A DNA stretch of 64,000 nucleotides, from contig NW_002060944.1 in assembly GCF_000150275.1 (NCBI RefSeq), forward strand, positions 3,724,123-3,788,122, given 5' to 3'. This DNA is from Trichoplax adhaerens. Lineage: Eukaryota; Animalia; Placozoa. The translations under genes and the position numbers were made by a program. Of this stretch, positions 22,656 to 34,900 are shown in pieces. Numbering within the stretch: position 1 is the stretch's first letter; the number at the start of each line of letters is the position of its first letter. A model generated the notes under the pieces. It was not told the origin of the DNA. It made no database searches and saw nothing but the letters and a program-made list of their open reading frames with translations.

Positions 22656-23100
22656 TTTGGCTGCCTGTAATAATATAAAGTATTATTATTATTAGATATA
22701 GCATTAACATCAGTTTACATTTACAGTCCTCTTGACTTTACAACGGAATAGAAAGCATCAATAAATTATTAAGTCTAGAATGATGTAGGGTAGTTTTCAA
22801 TGGATTTAAGTAGCATCGACTAGGAGGCACAGATGTTGACCAATGTAGCCGTTTATTCAACTGTATGCAACATGGTGATTACTAGGTGGACAAGATTACT
22901 TTTGCATGATGGAATAGTCTACATTCTAGCTTGATTCTTGCTGTAGACGATCCACGTTGAAAACACTATCCCCAATGTATTGATCGCAAGCCTATAGCAA
23001 CATATGCGATGGCTGAATGACTGTCCATCGATGGCGCATTACGAAAGGCCATAATACCGGATTAGGATATTTTAATGAAGCTAGAAAGTTCATTATACAA

Positions 23101-23138
23101 CGCTAGAGTAATACTGGCCATCCAGTATTACTCTAGCG
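23101..23138. other. Perfect 17-bp inverted repeat with a 4-nt loop, in PKN intron 1
   Basis: CGCTAGAGTAATACTGG-CCAT-CCAGTATTACTCTAGCG. Confidence 0.95.
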
Positions 23139-24780
23139 ATTAACACTGTGCATCATCCTGTCGGCACGATGAGAACTTGAATTAGTTTGTTGCAATTTGC
23201 AAAGCGATCATCTCTCTACTAGTTGGTTGGGTATGATTAACAAGACGTTTGTAGGGTGATGGAAAATAGCCATGGCTATTTTTCATTCTTCAACGATATG
23301 ATAAAATGATTGACAAAATGAAAAGGATAGCCACTCACTGACTACTCATCCTACCGGCAAAGCTGTAGTCTACTCGACTTTCCTTCCGATTCTTTTTGTG
23401 AAAATAATGCGGTAAGAACAGGAAAAAATAAAGTACAGCCGTTCTTCAATGGCATGAACTTATTGATCGACTGTATCGATCAGTTGAATTCAAAAAGTGT
23501 CTTAAAATACAAGAAATGAGAAAATGGCTTTCCCCCCCCCCCCAAACTTACTATAGCTTAGCTTAGACTCATTGTCATTGGTGGCGTATAATAAGGCTGA
23601 TCGAAGCTGATTCAATTATCAAGCAAGTATGGAAATGGATCTACAGGTAAGGCAAGTTGGTGGCCTGTGGTGATGAGAAATGGGATGATTTGTTGCAATG
23701 CTACGAGTATTTTACACCTAGACTAACTTCTCCATGGATGATTGGAATATTGAAAAGGTAGAATTGGAGAAGGGGAAACGCTCCGTTCTTGCTGGATGCT
23801 ATTATTGAACAAGTATTGGAAGATTTGTGGTTGCACTGAGTCAATGCTTGATGATCAAATCAAGACAAGACAAAGTGATTGCAGTGATGACTTGATGAGT
23901 GAAAGCATCGCCAGTCTGATGGCAGTTGTTGATTTTCTTCCATTCCACTGGTTAGGATGATCTTTTAGCGTAGCGACATAAAAAGCGAAAGGAAGTTGAT
24001 GATGATTGGATGTTGGTGAATTGAATGATGTTGCAATGACCATCAAGAAGGGGAGAAAAAACTGATGATGGTCTTGTATCAACATGAATTGGAAGTAGGC
24101 ATAGGGAGGGAATAATATATTCTCCTGGCAAAAGGATCGAGTACAGTAGAAAAAAAAAGAAAAAAAGAAGTCTACTCTGCAATGGATTACCGTATCCTAC
24201 AAGTGGAGTAGAACGTTGTAAATGGAACTGGATCGATGGTTTCTCCAACGACGGTAATGGAAGATTCTCCCAAGCAGACTTTGGTCAATTTTATCTGTCT
24301 CTCTTCTTCCTGTATTACCTTAGCCAAGTGGAAATTGAAAAAGATGAAGATGATGTCAAGCTGAACGATTGGATACCTCGATCGCTTAATCCAAATGTGT
24401 TTGATTGACTTTGGATTGAAAATGATCCTCTTGCAAACAAACAAGCAGGACCAAGACGTAGGCCTGCAGATTGGATGATGGCTATGATGCTTAGGATAGT
24501 TCCTCTTGGCCTGGCCAATCAATGGATACTATATTAGTGCAATCACTCACCACTGGATCATCAACGATAAAATCGATGCAATTTTTCCCAGCAAATAGAC
24601 ACCAAGAAAGATGGAAGAATTGATTTTTGCGATGGTTGCCACGGCGGAATTGAATTGGAAATCAATTAAGAGCTTGAAGAGCTTGGAGGAAAGAAGACTC
24701 AACGTCACTCGCTTCACCCACCAGTATCGCTTGACGCGCTTGCTTTCGTGCCTGGATAGCCAGTGGTTGTAGGCGGCGAT

Positions 24781-26725
24781 CGCACTGTAGTACAGTACCA
24801 ACTTGGGGGGGGGGGACTGTAGTACTGTACAGTGTACAGTACATACAGTACAGTACAATACCAACGTCTAGTACTGTACAAATGCGTTGTTTTACAGTAC
24901 AGTACTGTAAGACTCTGACTCTAGTACTGTAAGACAGTGGACTCTACAGTACAGTGTACTGTACAATACCAACGTCTAGTACTGCAAATGCGTCAACGGT
25001 CCTCCACGCCGTGGTGTGTTGACCAACGGTAACGGTCAGCCTACACTCCTACAGTCAATCAACGGAGCCAAATGGTACCGTAACGTACTGCGGACGAGAC
25101 TGGCCGTTCCGGTCCGGTCCGGTAGCATGATGATACTGTACGATAGGTAGTCACAGTGGACTAGGCTACGTACTGTACACTGTACACTGTACAGTACAGT
25201 GATACAGCGGACACCGGTCATGTAGCGTAAAGCCATGCAATGGCTTCGAGTTCGCTGACATCAGTTCTGCTCCGACCATTTCTTCTTCACCATACTGACC
25301 GATACTGCTCCGTTTAAGTACTGTTGGCGCTACACTACACATGATGCAGTCTATGATTGAAAGCGCTAGAAAAAATATTATTCCTATTTTCTTTTCCTTG
25401 CCCTTACAGTCAGCGCTCGAGGAAAGAGCAAATCGCTATGGGTGGCATCGATGACCGATCGTGTTGATGATTTTACTACTACAGTACAGGACGGTGTTGT
25501 GGTTGTACTGTACTGTACCGCAGACAGCACTGGACTGTCCATACTGTACAGTACAGTACAGTAGTAAACAAGTACGCCGAATCTTCACCAGCGCAGGGAG
25601 GGGTTCCACGATGGGCAGAGACCCTTTTAATGAATCCAAAGAGAGGACGTTGAGATGAAAGAAACCTTTTAAACCAACCATTCAATCCTCTGTCAATAAA
25701 AATGATGAAAGCAGTCAATGTGTGTCGTGCATCACTCATTTTGACTGCCATTTTACTTTCTCTCAAGGGTAAAATGACGATTGGGACCTAGTAGCGAACA
25801 GACGGACAACTGTACAGAGTACGATCGTAGTATGTACAGTATACTGTACTGTAGTGCTGACATGGATGTGGACAGGGACTACAGTGTACTGTAGAGTCTA
25901 GACCATCAAGGTATTGAACCCAACCGAACCTTTCTCAGACCAGTACAGTACAGTGTGTTTATCTTGGCATCTACAATACAATGTCAAGAGAGATGGTGGT
26001 GTTGTGCCTTTGTGTACAGTATTGTTGATATCAAGTTGTTGATCATCATATCCAGTAGAATTGAATTCTTATTTTTGCCTTGGTTTATTACAAATATATT
26101 GAATACAATCATCAGCAGCATTCTTCATTCAGCATACTGCATTTTACAACACTTTGACAGGCATCATATACTATCCTGTTACAAGTACTGTAGGTTGCTG
26201 CCCAGTCAATCAATCCAATCCATTGAAGGAAATACTGTACTAGTACAGTACACTGTACTGTAAAGCCTTTTTTCCCCCACCACTTCTCTGTCCTGTCCGT
26301 TACAGTACAGTGCGCACGCTCATGATCAGTGCAAAGTAGAGTACAATGCATTGAGTGTACAGTACAGTGCTGTACTGTCGTACTGTACTGTATACAGTAC
26401 GTACTGTACTGTACAGTGTGGACGGGCTAATTTCTATGATTTTGGTGCAAACAGATGGATTAAATTTTTTTTTTTTTTTTGACAAATTTTATATCAGTCT
26501 ATAGAAAAAGAGTTAATTTACACGAATCTGTCATCAAAATTTACGTACGACGTTTACTTTCATCGTAATTATTAATTAAAGTACCCGAGACGCTACAGTA
26601 CAAAGTAAAAATGAAGGTTTTGTAAAGTGAACATCCAAGGAGTCGCCGCTGTACAGTACAATGGACTGTGCTGCAGCAAGTTTTCACAACACGGACAGTA
26701 TCAATCGATATAGAGTACAGTACGC
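24781..26725. promoter_or_regulatory. Divergent promoter region (PKN / membrane-protein gene) with several TACAG/TACTG motif islands
   Basis: Dense clusters of TACAGTA/TACTGTA/TGTACA at ~24781-25205, 25470-25570, 25810-25955, 26230-26420 and 26590-26725, with locally raised GC, lying between two head-to-head genes. The promoter role is inferred from position. Confidence 0.65.
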
Positions 26726-27070
26726 TGATCGCAGTGACCACATCCACCCATACCCGACATCGAGAAATAGTCGCCGCTGGCTTGCAGCGAGTTGTTATTG
26801 GACTCATCTGGATTCATGTAGACCTGGAAAAACTTGCCAAAATAAACCAACTTTCTCACACAAGCTAGTAGCCAACTGGTAAGCAACCACTATCCATGTA
26901 TATTGTGTCTACTGCTCTATTTTGTCATCTTTTTGACTTGAATGGACAATTATGCTAGTGTCAATATCAATGCTACTTTTGTCTCCATTGGATAACTAGA
27001 TCGCTCGTCCTATTGACGCCAAAACACCAACCACAGCCAGTGGCAAAATTGACTCCAACATTCCACAATT

Positions 27071-30000
27071 ATGGCATACTCACAGCTAATGTTATTTGCT
27101 TACGGTAAGTGTTGCATATTGTAGCAATGTGACCTACTTGACAGTAAGATGAACCCGATCTATGGAGAGCATGTCCTTTGCCGCTCTATTTGCATACACA
27201 ACGCCATAGTACAGTCTATCGTAGTCATCGGACGTAAGGAACAAGTATCGCCATAGCGCTGTCGATCTCTTGTTGCAAACAGTAACAAATATCCATAGTA
27301 CTGCGGGGTATTGTCTGCAAATCAAAAATTCTTTTTCGTCATCGCTTCTTCGACCAACATGTCCAACTTTATTCACTTGTTCATGACATGGTGACCAAGA
27401 TAGAAGCAAATACTTGAATGCACCATGTCTTTTGCTATACTGTAGTGAGTAAAGTGCACAAGAGGAGCAGTTTAAATGATTTTCATCCAATCATCATAAC
27501 ATCATTAAACCGATGATTTAAACCGATTGCATTGATTGAACGGCAGAAACGATATCCAGTACGAGTACAGAAATAGAAAAAAAAAAAAAAAAAAGAAGAA
27601 TGAGAATGATAATCCAGTCTACGCCTTGATTAAACTATTGTTACTAGAATCACGTAGCAAAAGCCAATTCAGTAATGATACAGACTGCATTGCACATGAT
27701 TATCATGGTTACAACAGCACACGGCATTGCTTTTTGACGGCAATTTGATCAAGTATGCAGACAATTGATCAATTTACAAGAAAAACGCCTATTCGGCCAT
27801 CCTTGTAACCTTGAATGGATATGGATACTGTAGCACTTGTAGAAAGAGACTCGCACTACTTGGCCTACTCCAACGACAGCACAACCCTACCTGTAAATAT
27901 CAATGGAGTACATATTGAACTTGCTTGCCATCTTCCTAACGGAAGATATTGTGATAAGTAAATAGAAAATCTTCAGTAATCAGCCTGTCATGCAAAAAAA
28001 AAAATATTTAGACATGAAAACAAAGCGGCCAAGATTGCGTATCAACGGCTACTATCGCGCATCATACAGTAGGTTAACATTGGTAGTGGACGACTCAATG
28101 GGACGATTGACCAATGAACAGTATCGCAGTAGACTAGCGCCGGTACCAGTCGGTAAGTCGTACCGATTTTGCGCACTCTCTCCACTTGCAGCGCAGTACA
28201 GGATGGTGCCAGGTCGGACTGTTCTGGACACCGTATAGTAGTGATGGGAATGAGTTGGTTTTGCCAAGGATTAAGGGAAAAGCACTTCAACAACAGTCTA
28301 TCTTGCAGCGGATGGGTTTGTCCTTTTAATACTAGCAAATATTGTTACGACTCTATCCTAAGATGAACCATCTCCAATGGAAAGGTAAAACATCAGCCAA
28401 GATAGTGCATACTGTCTGTACTCTCCTTGAAAGCAATCCTTGCACTAGCTAGCCAATAGCGATTGCTGACGCTCGCTTAAATGATCATGATCAATGGAGA
28501 GCTCAAGTCGTTAGCAGACAACATGCCTACGAGTACAAGTACAAGTATATTTAATTTCAGACATGAATCAATCTTGGGTAGTATCATCCATTCATAATTC
28601 AACGTCATCGAGCACATTGTAGAGTTGTAGTTTCCATTTTGATTCCGCCACTTTGTAGGCTTCTTTGCATCAAATGGACATAGGCAATATGTATAATTCT
28701 TACTTCTTATCAATATACGCAGCCTGCCTTGCCTCCTTATTGCCTTGTGCTATGGCCAAATATAAAGCTCTTCCTCGCTGTAAGTACAGCATTCAATAAT
28801 ATGTTTCTAATTGAATATTAATCGCTGTAATAATTAATGATTTATCTATTACTGTAATTTAGCGTGTCTTTCTGATGAAGCTATATTTGCACCTGTAATG
28901 ATATTATTCACTGTAGCTGTACTGTACAGTAGATAGAAAAGCTATCCATTACTTTTCATCCTAAACATTGTTAGAGTATTCCGTCAACAAATTTACAAAA
29001 GACCTTTGCCAATACTGTACTATAGTACTGTACGTTGAGTCAATGCATTGCCAAAGAGGAAATAGCGATATCTATTCATCATGAATGAGATACTATGATT
29101 CTCATCATACAAGAAAATACTAATACATATTTTATTTTAATGCCAATTTATTTTTGACCATAGCTCGACGCGATGGTGATGATCTTGGTAAGCAACTGCT
29201 CTAATATAAGAAATTACCGTATCGATGTTCCATTCTGTAGTAACTGCATACGGTACACAAATCATAGGAGAATGTAGTCTTGAAAAAAAAAGTATTTTTA
29301 CCGTGTCATGCAAAAATCAAAAGTCTAAAAGATCCGACAATAATTCCAGTTGAAATAGTTTACTTGCAATGTGATAACCACGTTTATAAATTAATTTATA
29401 ACATAATAGAATCAGTATCTGCGCATTTGTGTGTCAATATTCTAATGGATGCTAAAACACTTTTCTTCTATCTTTATTCAAAGGCGATTCCAGTGTAACT
29501 GCTATTGTAATAATATGCGCAGCCATTTCTATGTCAATCATCGTAGGCATATTAGTCTACGTCCGTAAGAAGTGCTGTATGGACTCGAAGGGCTCAGAGG
29601 GAAACATTTCAAATAGAAATCGCTCTGCTAGTACTCAAAATTTGATTGAAGGTAACTAAATTTTTAAAGCATACCTAAGGTGCTTAGTTTTATACAGTAC
29701 ACATGGCTGAAACCGAGTAGGATAGATCATCTCTTGGTACTAAAAGGCTTAGCAATAAAGCCTCTTTTTTCGCATGTATAATTTAAAAGTAAACAATATT
29801 AATCTTGAAATAATTTGGGTGTTAATGATATATTTTGTTATAACATCGTAATCCTTGAACTGTAGTTCTCTTCTCTTTTACGATCTAATAGCTGATGAAG
29901 TTGGAATAGTAGTGCCTGATGATGGCAATGTTGATAACTTGACTGCAACATCACCTGGCGTTTCTAATGATACATCCAATGAAGCAGAGCCCAACAACAA

Positions 30001-30226
30001 TGATAGCGATGGTACAAGTGAGCCTAGTATCACAACTGACTCCAGTGCTTTAGCGGTGAGATTTATTACCGCACACAATCACACTGACATGAATTCTGTT
30101 CGACCAAGTCAACGTGTACTTCCACCTCGCATACCTCAAGAACCACCCACTTACCAATCTTCGGTAATCCAGAATGAATTAAACAACAACTGCAATGAAG
30201 AAAATACTTCTAACCTTAATCAATAG
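27071..30226 (+). CDS. Uncharacterised small type-I single-pass membrane protein with a cytoplasmic PPxY motif (5 exons, ~205 aa)
   Basis: Exons 27071-27104, 28723-28779, 29164-29187, 29484-29651 and 29892-30226 are joined by four phase-1 GT-AG introns into one open frame: MAYSQLMLFAYACLASLLPCAMA-KYKALPRSRRDGDDLGDSS-VTAIVIICAAISMSIIVGILVYV-RKKCCMDSK...QEPPTYQSS...NLNQ*. This gives a signal peptide, a TM helix with positive-inside flank and a disordered tail. Confidence 0.8.
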
Positions 30227-31984
30227 CTTTGAAAGGCTTTAACTTTACGACTCAAGTCAATTGATATTATGTGGAACATGGAGATTCCGTGTCTCATAAA
30301 GTTCTACGGTCTCTCTATTGTGCTAAAGTCTTTAATTAGTTATTCTTGTTTTAGCAGTACTTGATATTTTAAAAAAAAATTTTGTAATTTACCAATTGTA
30401 AGGGTAAAGCAATGCAGTAAATGTTTTAACGACCGAAAAAATCCATATGTGCATATACAGTAACTTTTAATGCATTAGTCAATAGAGTTTTTTTGATTCA
30501 ATCAATCAATCGGTGGTAATGAATGGATACGATGCTGCACTAAAGAATATACAGTACATGTATCTGCAGCATTTTTTTAAAGCTGTTGTTACTCTAGATT
30601 CTGGTATGTACTAGCTGTTGTACAATTTCCCTTTATCATGTAATTAAATTATAATACTTTATTAATAGTATCATTTAGATGTAAAGTATTTATCTGTTAC
30701 TGCTATGCTCGAAGCATCTTATTATGCAACAGTGTTGTTACTACTGTAGTATTTCGTTTACTATATTATCCAATTGGTGACTCCTGTAAATTTAAATTTA
30801 TTCGCACACTTACACTCGACAAGCTGTGATAATCCTGTTATTTTACTATACACCGTAACTAGGTAATTTCACAGGTTAAAAATTAACTTTCGTAAAAAAT
30901 CAAAGTGGTATGCTTTCTTAATAATTACAATTGGAAAGATAGGTCTGGATGACCTATAAAAAATAATTGTATCACAAATAAAATAAATCACGTTAGATTA
31001 TGTACAGTACTTATTGAGCGCTAATTGTTTGCATCAAGAAACGTCATCCTAATTTAGCACCAGGCTATTGCAAAAGTGAGGCAGGCCACATTGAATTCAT
31101 GATACGAGCCTATCATTTTGCGTGCAACAGACGGAATGATAGTAATTTACTATGAATTAAAATTGCACCACAATGAATATTCAACATAAGGTTAACTTCA
31201 TTTACTTTAAATCTATCAGTTTTATGAGAGTGAATGATTAATGATTGAATATACTATAGTGACAAGCATCCTTATTGAGTAGACTGCAGTTACTAAACAT
31301 TCGATACTTGGCTAGATTCTTTGGGATACAACTTATGAAAGCTAGTATTTCCGCTACGCGTACAAAAGGCAAGTTTAAGTCGGTGTAATGTACATTCCTT
31401 AAACACATTAATAAGTACATTGCAGATAACTATATTATATACTTATAGAAGCAATTTTGAAATTACAGCCAATTCCATGAATAATACTTGATACTGATTG
31501 AACGATACTTATAGTCAGATAATAAGGAATTAACTAAAGTTATAAAAATGTGTCATAAAAATAGTAGTACAGTCCTTATAATCATAATCATTGTTAATAT
31601 AGTAGTATTGGAGTTGATTTTTACTGAACTCAACACGTTAACAGCTTAAAGAGGGCTTCAAATCTTACCTTGTTAATGCGTATATTACTGTACACGATAT
31701 ATTAGTAGTATAAGCAAGTATGTACTATACGTGCTGAAATAGACTATAATATTATTTCTATTAACACCGATTATATTCAATCAACACGAAAATTTTGATT
31801 GGTCTTTCCTACCAACGACAACAGACAATCAGAAGACACTGCGGAAACATACCAGTTAATTGCAAGTTGTACATCGTAAGTTATATAGGGATAAAATTAA
31901 TATGCTCAAATTATTATCATTTCGTCCTGTTATTAAAAGAATTTTCATTTTACTTTTAGTACCGTCTAAAAAACTTTTTATAAA

Positions 31985-34900
31985 TTAGGTCTCGCTTTCT
32001 CGGCTTGATAATTTGATTTCTTGAATTGCACTCATAATAGCCTCAGTAATATCATCGAACACAGGGATCGATGCACGATTTGCAATATCTGATAAATAAC
32101 TCCTTGCTCGGTTGTAGTCAAGTAAACTTCTACCAGTAACCTAGAAATTAAGTCAGATATATCATTTACCTAGCACCTAAATGTGTACTCGTACTACATA
32201 AGAAAATACTTGTTGCATTCAAAAATTTTTGTTCTGTTACTAGATATTCAATACATTATTTTACGCACTGTAACTCCATCTAGAAGGTTTCCGTCGGTAA
32301 AATTTTGAATACAGAGAACAACATTCCTACCCAAGCCGATATAGTAAGCGATCTAATAAAACAATACAATAATTGTCACAACACGTTACTCTCATACTGC
32401 ACAAACATAAGGCTTGTTAAAATTTCAAACTTTTCGGCTACCTCAACCATCGACGCAACACATCGACTCTCATTCCCGATAAAGTATAGCAAAAGTCTCG
32501 AATGTTTTTTTGCTTCAGCCTCAATACCAAGAAATTTCATCGACCAGTCAGGTAATTGCGGATTAAAATAGGAAATTGCCTGTTTCCTGTAAAAAATTCA
32601 TAAAAGACGATAAAAATTCTCATAATCGACTATCAAAACAATAAGATACATGCCTACAAATTACAAAATTCACGGTAGATTTACTTTAGCAACGGAATAG
32701 CTACATCTTCTCTCCATGTTGATCGACCACAGCTGCCACCAAGAAATATATCGCGTTCGAAAACCGATTCATCCTTTTCATGTAAAATGTCTGGACCACC
32801 ATTAAACAACCAATCTAAACAGATCATCCTCTTTGTAAGTCATTTGAAAGACAATACGACAAAGTTAAAGCAAATGCTCTACAGAGCACATGTTGTACAA
32901 ATATCGATCTTACTTATAAAATTTGTAGTTGTGCCGCTAACAATATTAAATAGAGAATTCAGATAATTTAACTGCGGTTGCTGTATAATCCAAAATGTCC
33001 CGAGTTAGACATAGACACAATTCAAAGTTAGCGACTTAGATTAAAAATTTTTACATCTAAATAAAATATATATTATTACGTCTGAAAGCATTTCTGTTAG
33101 TAAGCAGCAAAATTCTTCGAACGACATTCTAATCTTAGAAGGATCGCTTTCATACAAGCCCGACAACATTTCTACATTATCCTGCGATAACGCCTTTCCA
33201 CTAAAAGCTTTGTAGGCTAGAGCAACCTAAAATTTAAATATTTTAAATTAGGAAGAGGTATTTCACGGTTTCAGTTCATCAGCGTAATACCGACCTCATT
33301 AAGTGTTAACTTTCCCGAACCACCAGAATTGTAGTCATCATATTTTTCCTTGGCAGCTCTAATGAAAAAGTAAAGTAAAGTATAACAAATCCAACCCATC
33401 ACTTTTACTGATAAATTTGGGGGCTCACTAATCATAACAATCATACTTCGTAACTCAAGAGTTATATAAAGATGACTTACATAAAACTATCATCTACAGA
33501 TATATCCGCGAGTCTAACTGGCTGAGCGCCATCATCGGTCGTTAAGTTGGTAATCTTGGTTCCAACTTTAATAACCTGAATAAGAAGCGTCGCTGTTTAG
33601 TTACCAAATTGGAAATAACTTTGACATATATGTTAACAAAGTATCTATTCCAATTAGCCTTACATCTTTATATATAATTATATATAGTAAGTTTTGATAA
33701 TTAATTTTTATTCATAACCTTAGCACAACAGTGAATTGCAGTTTCTATATCAGTAAATACTGGAATATCCACTCTTTCAACCGTATCTCTCAAAAATTTT
33801 CGACCACGATTAAGGTCTTCCTTCTCACTATTGAAGTGTGTGTCCCGTATAAGTAAATAGCATCACTCTAAAGTTAATAAAAGTCCTAAAAATAATCACC
33901 TAGCTGAAAGTGTCTCGCCAGCTATGGTTGTTTCGGTTTCAGGCAATTCTCTAAGAACTAATATGAGCGGCCCACCACTACCTGGAAATGACAAATATAA
34001 AAATACAATATAAATTTATCAGGCTAGCAATATTGATTTTAATAAAATTACACTGAGACGACATAAAGCAAGCAAATACAATTTTACCGGCTACATAAGC
34101 TGCTTCCACCATTGAAGACAACCCTCTTGTCGATTCCTCAATTACAAAGAGAAGTAATTCTGCAGTCTATACCAAAAATGTAATCAAGATATAGATTAAT
34201 ATGTAAAATAGATCCTTGAAGTATTAATCATCTACAGAATAAAGTGTATTGATAATTGCTAGTAGTAAGAGTTATTAAAATTGCCTCAATTAGTTATTGA
34301 CTGTGAGTAAGAACCTGTTTTGCTTGTTCTTCTACTTCTATCAATGCCGGAAACCATTCTTCAACTTGCTACTCGGTATCATGGCAAGGAATAGAGGAAA
34401 GAGTAATTATTTTAAAATAAAACTCGATGGCTTATAAACTTTTACAATAGCACAACATACATTGCAAGATATTATAAAAATGAAAGACCTACCGGGTTAA
34501 AGTAAGTAATACAATGATCTTTAAGTATTGGTATAGCAATTTCTTTCCTCCATGTCGTTGGGTTGCATGCTCCCCCAAGAAACACTACTCCAATAATATC
34601 CATAAAGGATACAACATAAGGTTGTGCATTGTTACATTATAGTATTAAATGGATAATAATTAGTACAGTATGCAGTCTTGATAAATTAGCATCATTATGG
34701 TACCTTGAACATTCGGGTGATCTAAAAGTGAAATAACATCATTAAAAATAATTACTAAAGCAAAAAGTGCTGATGGCAAGATTTGTATCCTAGACTCGAG
34801 TATACTGCGATTGGCGATCACAGGTAATGTAGTCTTACTTGTTCTTGGGCTATGCTTTCGATTTACAATTAAGCTTCCTTCTTTATTAGCAAATGTTATA

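Noticed and set aside
23855-24522. Cluster of minus-strand ORFs in PKN intron 1
   Set aside because: They are overlapping low-complexity frames in purine-skewed sequence with no recognisable domain. An alternative PKN 5' exon cannot be excluded but is unsupported.
23532-24815. Poly-C (~23532-23543) and poly-G (~24805-24815) homopolymers as G-quadruplex elements
   Set aside because: These are single short runs, and homopolymer length is unreliable in assemblies. There is no supporting pattern.
24781-26725. TACTGT...ACAGTA resembles bacterial LexA/SOS boxes, and the interspersed repeats could suggest a CRISPR-like array
   Set aside because: The context is intron-rich animal DNA. Spacing is not the fixed CTGT-N8-ACAG, there is no constant repeat-spacer periodicity and there are no cas genes.
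24547-26886. Many overlapping 60-105 aa ORFs rich in Y/C/T/V/Q/S (e.g. VLYCTVQYST); similar ORFs at 36997-38337 and 40430-40675
   Set aside because: They are translations of the TACAG/TACTG motif islands, which contain few stop codons. They occur on both strands and show no domain-like character.
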